DNA of 64,000 nucleotides. Source: Candidatus Latescibacterota bacterium (lineage in GTDB: Bacteria; Latescibacterota; UBA2968; UBA8231). The notes beneath the pieces were generated by a model. It ran no database searches. It saw only the letters and a list, made by a program, of their open reading frames with translations, and was not told the origin of the DNA. The translations under genes and the position numbers were made by a program. The stretch's first letter is position 1. Each line of letters begins with the position of its first letter. Positions 30,288 to 40,247 of this stretch are shown here, piece after piece. The stretch covers positions 1,824,001 to 1,888,000 of the forward strand of contig OY730476.1 in assembly GCA_963422735.1 (NCBI GenBank), given 5' to 3'.

Positions 30288-30438
30288 TTTAGGCATCTAA
30301 GCACATTCCCCAAAAAGAGTACAGGCCACCCTTCATAGAGCAGCAACTATATTTAGTTGCCATATCAAATCCACTAAACCATTTTGGAGCGAACTCCAAA
30401 AAAGTTCGACTAATTTGGAGGAACATTCAAAATAGCCA

Positions 30439-31599
30439 CTACCAGTTCGTATGGGACCCATCCTGGCGGCGCAAGTGCGGTGCTTCCCAAAACTTGAACT
30501 CCTGTTCCTTGGCGAGCTCTTCGTTGAACTCCACACCCAGCCCCGGACCCTCGGGCACCTTCAGCATCGATCCCACCAATTCGCACTGCACCGGAAAGAG
30601 TTCCTCGTCCATAAACTTGCCTGCTTCGGTCGGCGTCACGCGGTGCTCAAGCCACGCGAAATTGGGCACCGCCGCTGCTAGATGTACTGTGGCCGCCGTG
30701 CAAATCGGGCCGAGGGGATTGTGTGGCATCAAGTCGATGTAGTGGGACTCGGCCAGGCCGGCAACTTTCATCGACTCGGTCAGCCCGCCGACATTGCACA
30801 CGTCGATCCGTGCAAACTGCGTGATTCCCCGTTCGAGATAGGGCAAAAACTGCCACTTGCTGGCAAATTCCTCGCCGATGGCAAAGGGAACATCCGTCAT
30901 GGTGCGGAGCGATTCGTAGGCTTCTGGGCACTCGTCGCGGATGGGTTCTTCGAGAAAGTCGAGCGTCCCCGGCGGCATCTTCTGGCAGAACGACGCGCTC
31001 TCGGCAATCGTCAGCCGATGGTGGTAGTCGAGGCCCAAGATCGGGTCGGGACCAATCTCTTGGCGCACTTGAGTCAGCCAAGCTGCCGTGATGCCAATGG
31101 TCTCGCGCGGCTCAAACAGCCGCTCGTCGTCGTACTGTTTGCGCTGGGCCATTCCCGTGCGAATCACGTCCCACCCCTTGTCCAACAGCAGCTTGCAATT
31201 TTTGACCAAGGTCTCTAGATCCGGTGCCCCGGTCGTCGCAAAGCAAGGCACCCATTCGCGTTGCTTGCCGCCCAAAAGCTGATAGACCGGCACGCCGAGT
31301 GCCTTGCCTACCACGTCGTGCAAGGCGATGTCGATCGCCGAAATCGCCGCCGTCAGCACCCGCCCGCCTTCAAAGTACTGGCCGCGGTACATCTCCTGCC
31401 AGAGTCGCCCGATTTCTCGTGGGTTGCGGCCGAGCAAAAACTCCCGGTAGTGCCGCACCGCGCCTACTACGGCCAACTCGCGCCCCGATAGCCCCGACTC
31501 GCCCCAGCCGTGGATGCCTTCGTCGGTCTCGACCTTGACGATGAGCTGATTGCGGTGGCCGACCCAAGTTGGATAGGCTTTGATGTCGCTGATTTTCAC
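30439..31599 (-). CDS. mandelate racemase family (galactonate dehydratase-like) enzyme
   Basis: TDEGIHGWGE, DIALHD, DYHHR, FLEEP, GEE, PHNP, PGLGVE. Confidence 0.9.
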   Translation of the reverse strand: MKISDIKAYPTWVGHRNQLIVKVETDEGIHGWGESGLSGRELAVVGAVRHYREFLLGRNPREIGRLWQEMYRGQYFEGGRVLTAAISAIDIALHDVVGKALGVPVYQLLGGKQREWVPCFATTGAPDLETLVKNCKLLLDKGWDVIRTGMAQRKQYDDERLFEPRETIGITAAWLTQVRQEIGPDPILGLDYHHRLTIAESASFCQKMPPGTLDFLEEPIRDECPEAYESLRTMTDVPFAIGEEFASKWQFLPYLERGITQFARIDVCNVGGLTESMKVAGLAESHYIDLMPHNPLGPICTAATVHLAAAVPNFAWLEHRVTPTEAGKFMDEELFPVQCELVGSMLKVPEGPGLGVEFNEELAKEQEFKFWEAPHLRRQDGSHTNW

Positions 31600-31655
31600 G
31601 GGTAGTATCTCCTAATCTATAAAAGGTGACGCCAGATCGCGGCGACGGATATATA

Positions 31656-31680
31656 GGGCAACCACAAGGGTTGCCCCTAC
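31656..31680 (-). repeat. GTAG-family REP palindrome
   Basis: Minus strand GTAG-GGGCAACC-CTTGT-GGTTGCCC; its TAG is the suhB stop codon. Confidence 0.75.
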
Positions 31681-32477
31681 GATGGTGGGCTGCGCAAAAG
31701 CGCGACCAATTGATCGTAGATTCCCGGCGCGGCTGCGACTAAGTCGCGGCCGTACAGTTCTTTCGGTAACTCGCCTTCCACGGGTTGCAAGTGCCCGACG
31801 CGAGCACCCGCTTCCCGCGCAATTAGTGCCGCCGCCGCCAAGTCCCAGGGCTTGAGCGCCTCGTAAAAGCCATCGAGCCGGCCCATCGCCACCCAGCAGA
31901 GATCAATGGCTGCCGAGCCTACGCGGCGGATGTCGCGGCAGTGCCCGAGGACGCGGCGCAAACGCTCCACCAGCACCACTCTGGCTTCGGCTTTGTAGGG
32001 GAAGCCCGTGCCAATCAGGGCACGGGATAGCTGATTGCACTCGCTGGCCTGGATGGCGCGACCGTTGAGCCAAGCACCCGCACCGCGCCGGGCGGTAAAG
32101 GTCTCTTCGACAAACGGGCAGCGCACCACCCCGGCTTGCACTTGGCCGCCTTCGGCAAAGGCAATGGACACGGCTACTTGGTGCTGGTTATAGGCGTAGT
32201 TGACGGTGCCGTCAATCGGATCGACGATCCACAAGGGGCCGTGCAGCCGAGCGGGATCCGCGATGTCAGGTGAAGACTCTTCGGAGAGGATACAGTGGTC
32301 GGGGAAGGTCTTTTCGATCTCGCCGCGGATGAGCTGGTCGGACTGCAAGTCGGCCGACGTCAACAACTCAATTCCTTCCTTGTAACTCAGATCCAGCGCC
32401 CGGTCCGCCCGTGCTTTGGCAATTAGCACCCCAGCGCACCGGGCAAGGTCTTCGGCAAATTCGAGTACCTCGCTCAA
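31677..32477 (-). CDS. suhB: inositol monophosphatase family protein
   Basis: SEE, WIVDPIDGTVNY, GSAAIDL, WDLAAA; TTG start overlaps the upstream TGA. Confidence 0.88.
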   Translation of the reverse strand: MSEVLEFAEDLARCAGVLIAKARADRALDLSYKEGIELLTSADLQSDQLIRGEIEKTFPDHCILSEESSPDIADPARLHGPLWIVDPIDGTVNYAYNQHQVAVSIAFAEGGQVQAGVVRCPFVEETFTARRGAGAWLNGRAIQASECNQLSRALIGTGFPYKAEARVVLVERLRRVLGHCRDIRRVGSAAIDLCWVAMGRLDGFYEALKPWDLAAAALIAREAGARVGHLQPVEGELPKELYGRDLVAAAPGIYDQLVALLRSPPS

Positions 32478-33610
32478 CAGTGCGCCCCCAACTCCATTGG
32501 ATACGGCGACAGATTCTCCAAGCCGTCTTCGGTGATCAAGTACATGTTTTCCAGCCGCACCCCCGCCCGCGCCTCGGGGATATAGGCCCCCGGCTCGACC
32601 GAGACCACATTGCCCACGCGCAAGGTGCCGCCGCGCTCCTTGTTGAGATCGGGCATTTGGTGCGCCCGTAGGCCGATGTTGTGCCCGGCGTGGTGGACCA
32701 AGCCGGCGTCGGCCAGTTTGGGATGCTCGCGGATATAGGCGTTCATGGCCACCGCGCATTCGCGGCCGTCCTTGCCAGGCCGCAAATACTCGCCGACGCA
32801 ATTGTGAAAGCCCTTGACGTGTTCAAAGACGGACTGCTGCACCTCGGTCGGCTCGCCCACCGCAAAGCTGCGGCACAAATCCGCCCAATAGCCGCGGTAC
32901 ACCGACCAAGCATCGATGACGTAGATCTCTCCGGCTTCAATCGGGCGATTGCGCGCAAAACCGCCCAACTCGCCGCACTGATAGTCGCCGTCGTGGAAAA
33001 CCTTCTCACCGGCCGCAAGATGCGCTGCTCGCTGCGCCGCCGCTAATACCTCCAGCTCATTTACGCCCGGAGCGATCGCCGCTTCCGCCGCAGCGTAGGC
33101 TGCCAAATCAACCTGCACTACCTTGCGCAACAGCTCGATTTCGTCGGGATCCTTGACCTCCTGCATGTCGGCGAGCAAATCATCGACTGCGACCCATGCA
33201 GGCGTTTTGCCTAGCCCTTCTTCGACCGCCTGTCCCAAGCGACGCGGCAAAAACTCGCTCTGCCAGCCCAAGCGGCCAGCCGCCGGTTTTTTGCCCCACA
33301 GCGCATCGACGATTAGCCCGCTTATCGCTTCGCGCAGGTCGGGCGTGATCGTACCGCCGACGTTGAAGGAAAAGGTGAAGCACTCGTCGGCGCACGGCTC
33401 GCCTTCGTCGGTATGAACGATCAACAAAGACCGCCCATCGGCCCCCAGCCAAAAGAGCGCCGGCGGGCCGGGGAATTCCTCGGGGATGATGATCCCGGTG
33501 AAGTAGTAGATTTCCTTAGGGTGATTGATCACGGCCGCGTCGATGTCGAGTTCAGCCAGCCGCTCACACAGGCGTTGCTGCCGCGTACGGCATCCTTGTT
33601 TGGTTAGCAT
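32474..33610 (-). CDS. M24 Xaa-Pro peptidase family
   Basis: KDPDEIE, GYWADLCR, HHAGHNIG, SVEPG, GVRLE. Confidence 0.9.
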   Translation of the reverse strand: MLTKQGCRTRQQRLCERLAELDIDAAVINHPKEIYYFTGIIIPEEFPGPPALFWLGADGRSLLIVHTDEGEPCADECFTFSFNVGGTITPDLREAISGLIVDALWGKKPAAGRLGWQSEFLPRRLGQAVEEGLGKTPAWVAVDDLLADMQEVKDPDEIELLRKVVQVDLAAYAAAEAAIAPGVNELEVLAAAQRAAHLAAGEKVFHDGDYQCGELGGFARNRPIEAGEIYVIDAWSVYRGYWADLCRSFAVGEPTEVQQSVFEHVKGFHNCVGEYLRPGKDGRECAVAMNAYIREHPKLADAGLVHHAGHNIGLRAHQMPDLNKERGGTLRVGNVVSVEPGAYIPEARAGVRLENMYLITEDGLENLSPYPMELGAHC

Positions 33611-34029
33611 AATCGCGTCTCCTCTTTTTAGCTAGTTAAATCTTCTCTACAGTAGCGGCACTTGACTGCTTCCGTTTTTATCAGTTCAGCACAGTATGGA
33701 CACTTTTTCATGTCACCACCTTGAATAGACTTTTTCTCAACCTCTTCCTGATTTTTAGGAACGACTCAAGCCAGAATAACACCAAAGGGACCAAATAACG
33801 CGCCGAGTGCAAACCAACCACAACCGCTTCGTCCTTTATTGGTGGCAACTACCGCGCCGATAATCCCGCATAGAATCCATATTAGAATCCATTCCATTGA
33901 CATTTCCTTTCCTAGTGTTCAGTGCTCCATAATAGCCAACCGCATCGCCCCTGAAAAGCAACCGCCGCCTTGAGTCACCCGCTAGCCACTCCGTATATTC
34001 TCAACCCATTCCCAAACGAAAGTGCATCT

Positions 34030-35202
34030 ATGATTCCGATCCGACTCATTCTGGCCCCTTGTCTGTTCCTCGCCCCGATCCCAGCACTGAGCGAAAATTT
34101 CCACGGCTTCGACCCAGCGACCTACGACGGACTGATGCTCCCACCGGCAGTGCTCCAGGCAATGGCCGCCGAGGCCGCGCAACACTCGCCTCCAAAAAAC
34201 GGCAAAGCCCTAGTCTTTGGCTTCGCTAACCTACAGCGCGACATTAGCTTTGGCATCAAGGTCGAAAAAAGCATCGAGCGCAATGCCGAGGCTGCCGGCA
34301 TCGAACTGCTGATCGCCGACAACCGGCTCGACGGGCCGACCGCTTTGGCCAACGCCGAGAGCTTTGCCCGGCGCCAAGTTGACTTCTGCATCGAGTTCCA
34401 AACCGACGTCAATTTCGGTCCGGCGATCATGCAGCACTTCAACCGCAAGCAGATCGGCGTGGTCGCCATCGACATCCCCATGCCGGGTGCCACCTACTTT
34501 GGGGCCAACAACCCCCGCTCGGGCTTTATGGGCGGCTCCTATCTGGCGCAGGCGGCCACAGTGCGCTTTGGCGACCGAGCACTCAAAGAGGGGTATTTCG
34601 TCGTCGGCGAACTGCCGCAGTCGGGCGCGATCCCGGCCATGCGCACCGAGGGTCAGATCGCCGGCTTCCTCGCCTCGCTGCCCGGCTTCCCCCCCGAGCG
34701 CATCATCCGCATCGACACCAAAAACACGCTGCAGTACTCCTTCCAACAGATGAGCAACGCGCTCGGCCGCATCCCCCAAGGTGCGCCGATCCTGATCACC
34801 GCCATCAACGACCAGTCGGTCTCCGGCATGTTGCGCGCTGTGCAGCAGCAGGGGCGCGGCCAAGACGCACTGGTCGTCGGCAAGGGAGCCGACGAACTGG
34901 AGACAATGGTCGCCGAGGAGCACTTCATCGCCTCGGTCGCCTATTTCCCCGAGCGCTACGGCAACTATCTCATCCCGCTGAGCCTGATGCGCTTAGCGGG
35001 CCGCGATGTGCCGCCGGCGATTTCGGTCAACCACGTGATGATCAGCCCGGCCAACATCTGTCAATTCTATCCCGAATACGAATGCCAAGGCGAGTTAGGC
35101 TTCGCCTACGTCTTCCCGCAAGAAGCCTTTGTCGCACACTTGGCCGCTCTCAAGGACAAGCCCGAACTCGCCGGCTACGAGCAGTTAATCCCCAACCACT
35201 AA
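34030..35202 (+). CDS. sugar ABC transporter substrate-binding protein
   Basis: Signal peptide; Peripla_BP-like fold motifs (VAIDIP, FGANN, AIND, VAYFPE). Confidence 0.85.
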   Translation: MIPIRLILAPCLFLAPIPALSENFHGFDPATYDGLMLPPAVLQAMAAEAAQHSPPKNGKALVFGFANLQRDISFGIKVEKSIERNAEAAGIELLIADNRLDGPTALANAESFARRQVDFCIEFQTDVNFGPAIMQHFNRKQIGVVAIDIPMPGATYFGANNPRSGFMGGSYLAQAATVRFGDRALKEGYFVVGELPQSGAIPAMRTEGQIAGFLASLPGFPPERIIRIDTKNTLQYSFQQMSNALGRIPQGAPILITAINDQSVSGMLRAVQQQGRGQDALVVGKGADELETMVAEEHFIASVAYFPERYGNYLIPLSLMRLAGRDVPPAISVNHVMISPANICQFYPEYECQGELGFAYVFPQEAFVAHLAALKDKPELAGYEQLIPNH

Positions 35203-35203
35203 C

Positions 35204-36742
35204 ATGGGCCATACCGCACCCTTGTTGCAGATGGCAGACATCTGCAAATCCTTTGGCCGCGCCCAAGTCCTGCGCGAGGTCGATCTCTGCTTGGAAGCCG
35301 GGGAGGTCTTAGCGCTGCTGGGTGCCAACGGGGCGGGTAAATCCACTTTAGTAAAAATCCTCTGCGGCGTGTACCGCCGCGACGCCGGCACCATCCGCTG
35401 CGATGGCCAAGCGGTGCGCTACGACCGGCCCGAAGAGGCCATCGCCCATGGCGTCCGCTTCTTGCCGCAGGAAGTATCGGTCTTGCCCGACCTCACGGTC
35501 GCCGAAAACATCCTCATCGCCGACTTGCCGCTCAAACGCTCGTGGCTTGGCAAAGAAGTGGACCGCACAGCACTTCGCGCCAAAGCGCGGGCACTGCTCG
35601 ACCGGCTCGGCTGCGACCTCGATCCCGACGCGCCAGTACACCAGCTTTCCGCACCGCACAAGCGCCTAGTAGAAATCGCTCGCGCCCTCGCCGGACAAGC
35701 GCGAATCATCGTCATGGATGAACCAACTGCCGCTCTTGCCGACCGCGAGGTTCAAGCACTTTTTGCCGTGGTCGAGCGGCTCAAGGCACAGCAGATCGGC
35801 ATCATCTATATCTCCCACTACCTCGACGAGGTCTTCGAGATCGCCGACCGCATCACCGTGCTCCGCGACGGGTTAAACGCCGGCGATTTCGCCACTGCCG
35901 CTGCTTCGCGGCGCGATCTTTCCGCCGCCAGCATTGGCGAAGCAGTTCTCGACGCCATGCTCGGCACCACTGTTGACGAACTCTACCCGCCGCGAGGCGC
36001 AAGCACCGGCGAGATCGCGCTGGAGGTAGAAAATTTGAGCCTGCCCGGCGCACTCGACAGCGTGTCCTTTGCGCTCCACCGCGGCGAGATCCTCGGCGTC
36101 TTCGGTCTGCTCGGCTCGGGGATCGACCGGCTCGGCCGGGCCATCTACGGCGCACTGGGTCCGCTGCCCAACGCACGCATTGCGCTCGGGGGTGCGCCCT
36201 ATATCCCGACCAACCCGCGCCGGGGCCGCGACGCTGGCATTGGTTTTGTCGCGGCCGAACGCCAGCGCGAGGGCATTGTCCCCGACCTCGGCGTCCGTGC
36301 CAATATCACCCTGCCTTTTATCGACCGCTTCGCGCGCTTGTTCTCGGTGTCCAAGCCGCGCGAAGCAAGCCACGCGCAAAGCTGGGTTGACCGCTTTGGG
36401 ATTCGCGCCGCTCACCTCGACCAACCGCTGCGCCTGCTCTCGGGCGGCAACCAGCAGAAGGCCTGCTTGGCCCGCTGGTTGGTCGAAGACCTGGCAGTAC
36501 TCATCCTCGAAGAGCCGACCCGAGGCGTGGACTTGGGTGCCCGCCACGAGATCTACTTGGCGCTGCGGCAGTGGACCCGACAAGGGCTTGCCGTACTCTT
36601 GATTTCCTCTGACGCCGAAGAAGTCGCCGGCGTCTGCGACCATTCCATTGTACTCGACCGCGGTCGGGTGTCCAGCCGTTTTTCCGGCGTCGCGGCCCCG
36701 GCCGACCTGCTCCACACCCCGACCGCGAAAGTCCCTCAATGA
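35204..36742 (+). CDS. sugar ABC transporter ATP-binding protein (RbsA-like)
   Basis: GANGAGKST, MDEPT, LSGGNQQK. Confidence 0.93.
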   Translation: MGHTAPLLQMADICKSFGRAQVLREVDLCLEAGEVLALLGANGAGKSTLVKILCGVYRRDAGTIRCDGQAVRYDRPEEAIAHGVRFLPQEVSVLPDLTVAENILIADLPLKRSWLGKEVDRTALRAKARALLDRLGCDLDPDAPVHQLSAPHKRLVEIARALAGQARIIVMDEPTAALADREVQALFAVVERLKAQQIGIIYISHYLDEVFEIADRITVLRDGLNAGDFATAAASRRDLSAASIGEAVLDAMLGTTVDELYPPRGASTGEIALEVENLSLPGALDSVSFALHRGEILGVFGLLGSGIDRLGRAIYGALGPLPNARIALGGAPYIPTNPRRGRDAGIGFVAAERQREGIVPDLGVRANITLPFIDRFARLFSVSKPREASHAQSWVDRFGIRAAHLDQPLRLLSGGNQQKACLARWLVEDLAVLILEEPTRGVDLGARHEIYLALRQWTRQGLAVLLISSDAEEVAGVCDHSIVLDRGRVSSRFSGVAAPADLLHTPTAKVPQ

Positions 36743-37692
36743 GTATCGCCGCCTTATTGAACCGCCCCGGCGCGGGCGTCGTCTTGTTATTAATATTCTA
36801 CCTCTTGGTCGCCGTGCTCTTCAGCATACTCTCGCCTTGGTTTTTATCGTTCGACAATATGATGAGCATCGGCGCCAATATGGCCTTTATCGGCTTGATG
36901 TGCGCGTTGCAAACACCGCTGATCATCGCCGGGGGGCTCGATCTGTCGGTGGCGGCAGTGGCCGGGCTAGCCGGGGTCGTCGTTGCGCTGCTCCACGCTG
37001 CAGGCGTCGGCATTGTCGCCGCCTGTCTCGTCGCGCTGGCACTGGGCGGGGGCATCGGGCTGCTCAACGGTCTGTTGGCCGTGCGCCTAGGACTCAATCC
37101 GCTGATCGCCACCATGGGCACGATGAGCGTCATCGGGGGGCTGGCCCTAGTCCTGACTGGCGGGCTGACCAAGCCGCTGATGGAACCCGGTTTCAACTGG
37201 ATCGGCAGCGGTCAGCTTTTGCGGCTACCAGTGCCGCTGGTGCTGATGCTGCTGGTTTATATCGCGCTTGGCTGGGTACTCGCGCGGACCCGCTTTGGCC
37301 GCTTCGTCTATGCGGCCGGCAGCAACGCCGAAGCCAGCCGGCTGGTCGGCGTCCCGGTCGCCCGCACCCTGATTTTCCTCTATGTCCTCTCCGGCCTCAG
37401 CGGAGCGGTCAGCGGTCTAATGCTGGCGGCGATGCTCTACGCAGCCGCACCCGACGCGGCGGGACAGCATTTGTTGACGGTAATCGCCGCCGTGATCTTG
37501 GGCGGCACGAGTCTCTTTGGGGGGCGCGGTACGGTATGGGGCACCTTGTTGGCAGTGCTCTTGCTCGGCACCCTCAACAACGGGCTGACGCTGATGGATG
37601 TGTCTAGCTTCTGGCAGGATGTAACGCGCGGCTCAGTGCTCCTGTTGGCCGTCGGCCTCGACCAAATTCGAACCCGTGCCGCAGGCACTTAG
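36739..37692 (+). CDS. sugar ABC transporter permease (RbsC-like)
   Basis: GGLDLSV, TRFGR..YA.G.N.EA, IAAVILGGTSL.GG.G. Confidence 0.93.
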   Translation: MSIAALLNRPGAGVVLLLIFYLLVAVLFSILSPWFLSFDNMMSIGANMAFIGLMCALQTPLIIAGGLDLSVAAVAGLAGVVVALLHAAGVGIVAACLVALALGGGIGLLNGLLAVRLGLNPLIATMGTMSVIGGLALVLTGGLTKPLMEPGFNWIGSGQLLRLPVPLVLMLLVYIALGWVLARTRFGRFVYAAGSNAEASRLVGVPVARTLIFLYVLSGLSGAVSGLMLAAMLYAAAPDAAGQHLLTVIAAVILGGTSLFGGRGTVWGTLLAVLLLGTLNNGLTLMDVSSFWQDVTRGSVLLLAVGLDQIRTRAAGT

Positions 37693-37812
37693 GAAGCGTT
37701 CTTACAACTCGCCGGGTGGCATAGTGGCTAGGTTGCGCCTAAAGGTGCGGTGAAACCCTGTACCGAAGGGGAACGAATCACTAAGCTGGCACGGGAATTT
37801 TGAGAACGCTTC
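37693..37812. mobile_element. MITE family A copy (120 bp)
   Basis: Imperfect TIR GAAGCGTTCTTACAACT / AATTTTGAGAACGCTTC; flanked by TAG (permease stop) and TAA. Confidence 0.75.
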
Positions 37813-37821
37813 TAAGCGGAT

Positions 37822-38679
37822 TCACTTAGGGTTATCAACCGTATCGCCCTGCCGGTACGAGCCCAAGATGCGGACGAATTCGGTGGTCTCCGGCAGGTGC
37901 TCCACGGCTTGGGCACAAGCCGCCTGCCCCAAATGGCCCTCCAAATCGAGATAGAAGACGTATTCCCAAGGACGCTCGGGCATGGGCCGCGACTCGATTT
38001 TGAGCAGGTTGATGCCGCGCTCGGCAAAGGTTGCAAGGCTCTGGCACAACGCGCCGGGCACGTGCTTTAGCCCAAAGACGAGCGTAGTCTTGGCTGGCGC
38101 GGCCGGCGCTGGCGCGGCGCGACGGTTCACCACCAAAAAGCGGGTAAAATTGTGCGGAGCGTCCTCAATGCTAGGGACGAGGATCTCCAGCCCGTACGCG
38201 GCGGCCGCTCGCGCTCCGGCGATGGCCCCTCGATCCCGTGCGCCGCTAGCGGCCAAGTCTTTGACCGCTCCGGCCGTATCATCCGCTGCTATCGTCTGAG
38301 TGCCTGCCAACGAGTGGATGAAGCGGGTGCATTGAGCCAAGGCGGGCGGCTGCGACGCGATGTAGCGGATGTCCGCTAGCTGTACGCCTCGATTGACGAT
38401 GAGGTTGTGGACGATGCGCAGCTTGATTTCGCCGACGATGTGTACATCGCTCTGTAGCAGTAGGTCGTAGTTCTCGTGGATACTGCCCATCAGCGAGTTC
38501 TCGATAGGCACTATTCCGCAAGCGCAAGACCCGTCTTCCACCGAGGCGAAAAGTGCCTTGAAATCGGGCTGTGACACCAGTTGTGCCTCTTGAGAAAAAT
38601 AGGCCCGTGCCGCCGCCTCGCTAAACGACCCGGCGTATCCTTGGATGGCCACAGGTCCGCATGTCTCTGTTCGTTTCAT
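37822..38679 (-). CDS. pheA: prephenate dehydratase
   Basis: QGYAGSFSE, PIENS, NFTRF, ACT domain INLLKIESRP. Confidence 0.93.
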   Translation of the reverse strand: MKRTETCGPVAIQGYAGSFSEAAARAYFSQEAQLVSQPDFKALFASVEDGSCACGIVPIENSLMGSIHENYDLLLQSDVHIVGEIKLRIVHNLIVNRGVQLADIRYIASQPPALAQCTRFIHSLAGTQTIAADDTAGAVKDLAASGARDRGAIAGARAAAAYGLEILVPSIEDAPHNFTRFLVVNRRAAPAPAAPAKTTLVFGLKHVPGALCQSLATFAERGINLLKIESRPMPERPWEYVFYLDLEGHLGQAACAQAVEHLPETTEFVRILGSYRQGDTVDNPK

Positions 38680-38683
38680 AGGC

Positions 38684-39316
38684 TCACGCGCTCAATTCTT
38701 CTGCACGGGCTAGTTTGAGCCTTTGCTGGTCGTACTCCTTTTTCCATTTCACATAGCCAAAGACGATGATAATTAGATACGCGACGAACAACAAAGCGGT
38801 CAGGTACAGCCCTCGGCTGTAGTAGAGATAAACCGAGACGCTGTCGATGACAAACCAGTACGCCCAATTCTCCAAAATTTTCTTTGTCACCATATAGGTC
38901 GTCACCACCGCATACCAAGTGGTGAAGGCATCGACATAAGGCAATGCCGCCTCTGTGTTTTCGCTCAAAAGGTACCCGGACGTCACCACAATGGCCCCCG
39001 TCGCAGCGATGACCACACTGTGCTTTTTGAGCGACCAAGTAGAAATGGGCAGTGTTGAGGATTGATCGGTGGGCCGCCGCCATTGGTACCAGCCATAAAC
39101 CGCCATGGCTAGGTAGTAAATTTGTAGGGCTGATTCTAGAAACAGGTTGACATCGAAGAAGACGTAGATGTAAATCGCGGTACTGGCGAAAGCCGCTCCC
39201 CAACACCAGATGTTCTCTCGCGCCGCCAAGACCAAGTAGAGAATGGCCAAGACGACTGCCGGCACCTCCCACCAAGAGGTCAGTTCTAGCTCTTGGAGTA
39301 TGGCAAGGGGTTCCAT
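38684..39316 (-). CDS. pnuC: PnuC family nicotinamide riboside/vitamin transporter
   Basis: ENIWCW, YGWYQW, PYVDAFTT, KILENWAYW. Confidence 0.9.
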   Translation of the reverse strand: MEPLAILQELELTSWWEVPAVVLAILYLVLAARENIWCWGAAFASTAIYIYVFFDVNLFLESALQIYYLAMAVYGWYQWRRPTDQSSTLPISTWSLKKHSVVIAATGAIVVTSGYLLSENTEAALPYVDAFTTWYAVVTTYMVTKKILENWAYWFVIDSVSVYLYYSRGLYLTALLFVAYLIIIVFGYVKWKKEYDQQRLKLARAEELSA

Positions 39317-39455
39317 TTTATATGCACCAGCGTTCTGCGGGCATGTTATTGCCCTTTGTGCGGTTGCGCTTGTAAGCCTTGCACGCCTCGCGGGTTCTGC
39401 CTATCAGTATATCGCATCAGCTTACTATCTAAATTGCAATCAACGGGAGTGCTCC

Positions 39456-40247
39456 ATGCATCAGATCACCGACGCCCAAAAGCAGCAATTCAAAGAAGAG
39501 GGCTATTTTGTCCTCGAAAACGCCATCCCCGCTCATCACCTCAACCTCCTGCGCGGCGAGTGCCAAGCCTTCATCGACAAAGCCAACGCCCAGATGGACG
39601 CCGAGGGCACGGATACCTTGGGCCTCAATCACCGCAACAGCCGCTACTTTGTCTCCAATTGCTTCCGCGAGCAGCCGCGTCTGCGCGAATTTCTCTTCAG
39701 CTCCCTAATGGCCGAAATTTGCCAAGCCACTCTAGGCGACGACGCCTACTTGTTCTGGGAGCAATATGTGGTCAAAGGTGCCGAGGCCGGCATGAAGTTC
39801 TCCTGGCACCAAGACTCAGGCTACGTCGGCTACCCGGATCACAAGCCATATTTAACCTGTTGGTGCGCCCTCGACGACATGTCCGAGGCTAATGGCACCG
39901 TCCACTTGCTACCTTTTTCGCGCTCGGGCATTCGCTCTTGGGTCAAGCACATCCGCGACGAGGGAAGCAACGATTTGATTGGCTATTTCGGCAGCGACCC
40001 CGGCATCTCGGTCGTCGCCCCGGCCGGCAGCATTGCCGTCTTCACTAGCTATAACTTCCATTCCAGTGGCACCAACACCACCAACCAGATGCGCCGCGTG
40101 TATTTGGCCCAGTACTCCTGCGAGCCGCTGACCTCGGCAGACGGCAGTAAACTCTGGGGGAATGCCGAGCCTTTTCTCAAGAAGGGTAAACGGGTCGGGC
40201 CGTCGTCCGAGCTCACCAAGTCCGCTCCTCGAGCAGCTCTTGGATAG
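39456..40247 (+). CDS. PhyH family dioxygenase
   Basis: FKEEGY, FSWHQDSGY, WCALDD..NG, FHSSG.N. Confidence 0.9.
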   Translation: MHQITDAQKQQFKEEGYFVLENAIPAHHLNLLRGECQAFIDKANAQMDAEGTDTLGLNHRNSRYFVSNCFREQPRLREFLFSSLMAEICQATLGDDAYLFWEQYVVKGAEAGMKFSWHQDSGYVGYPDHKPYLTCWCALDDMSEANGTVHLLPFSRSGIRSWVKHIRDEGSNDLIGYFGSDPGISVVAPAGSIAVFTSYNFHSSGTNTTNQMRRVYLAQYSCEPLTSADGSKLWGNAEPFLKKGKRVGPSSELTKSAPRAALG

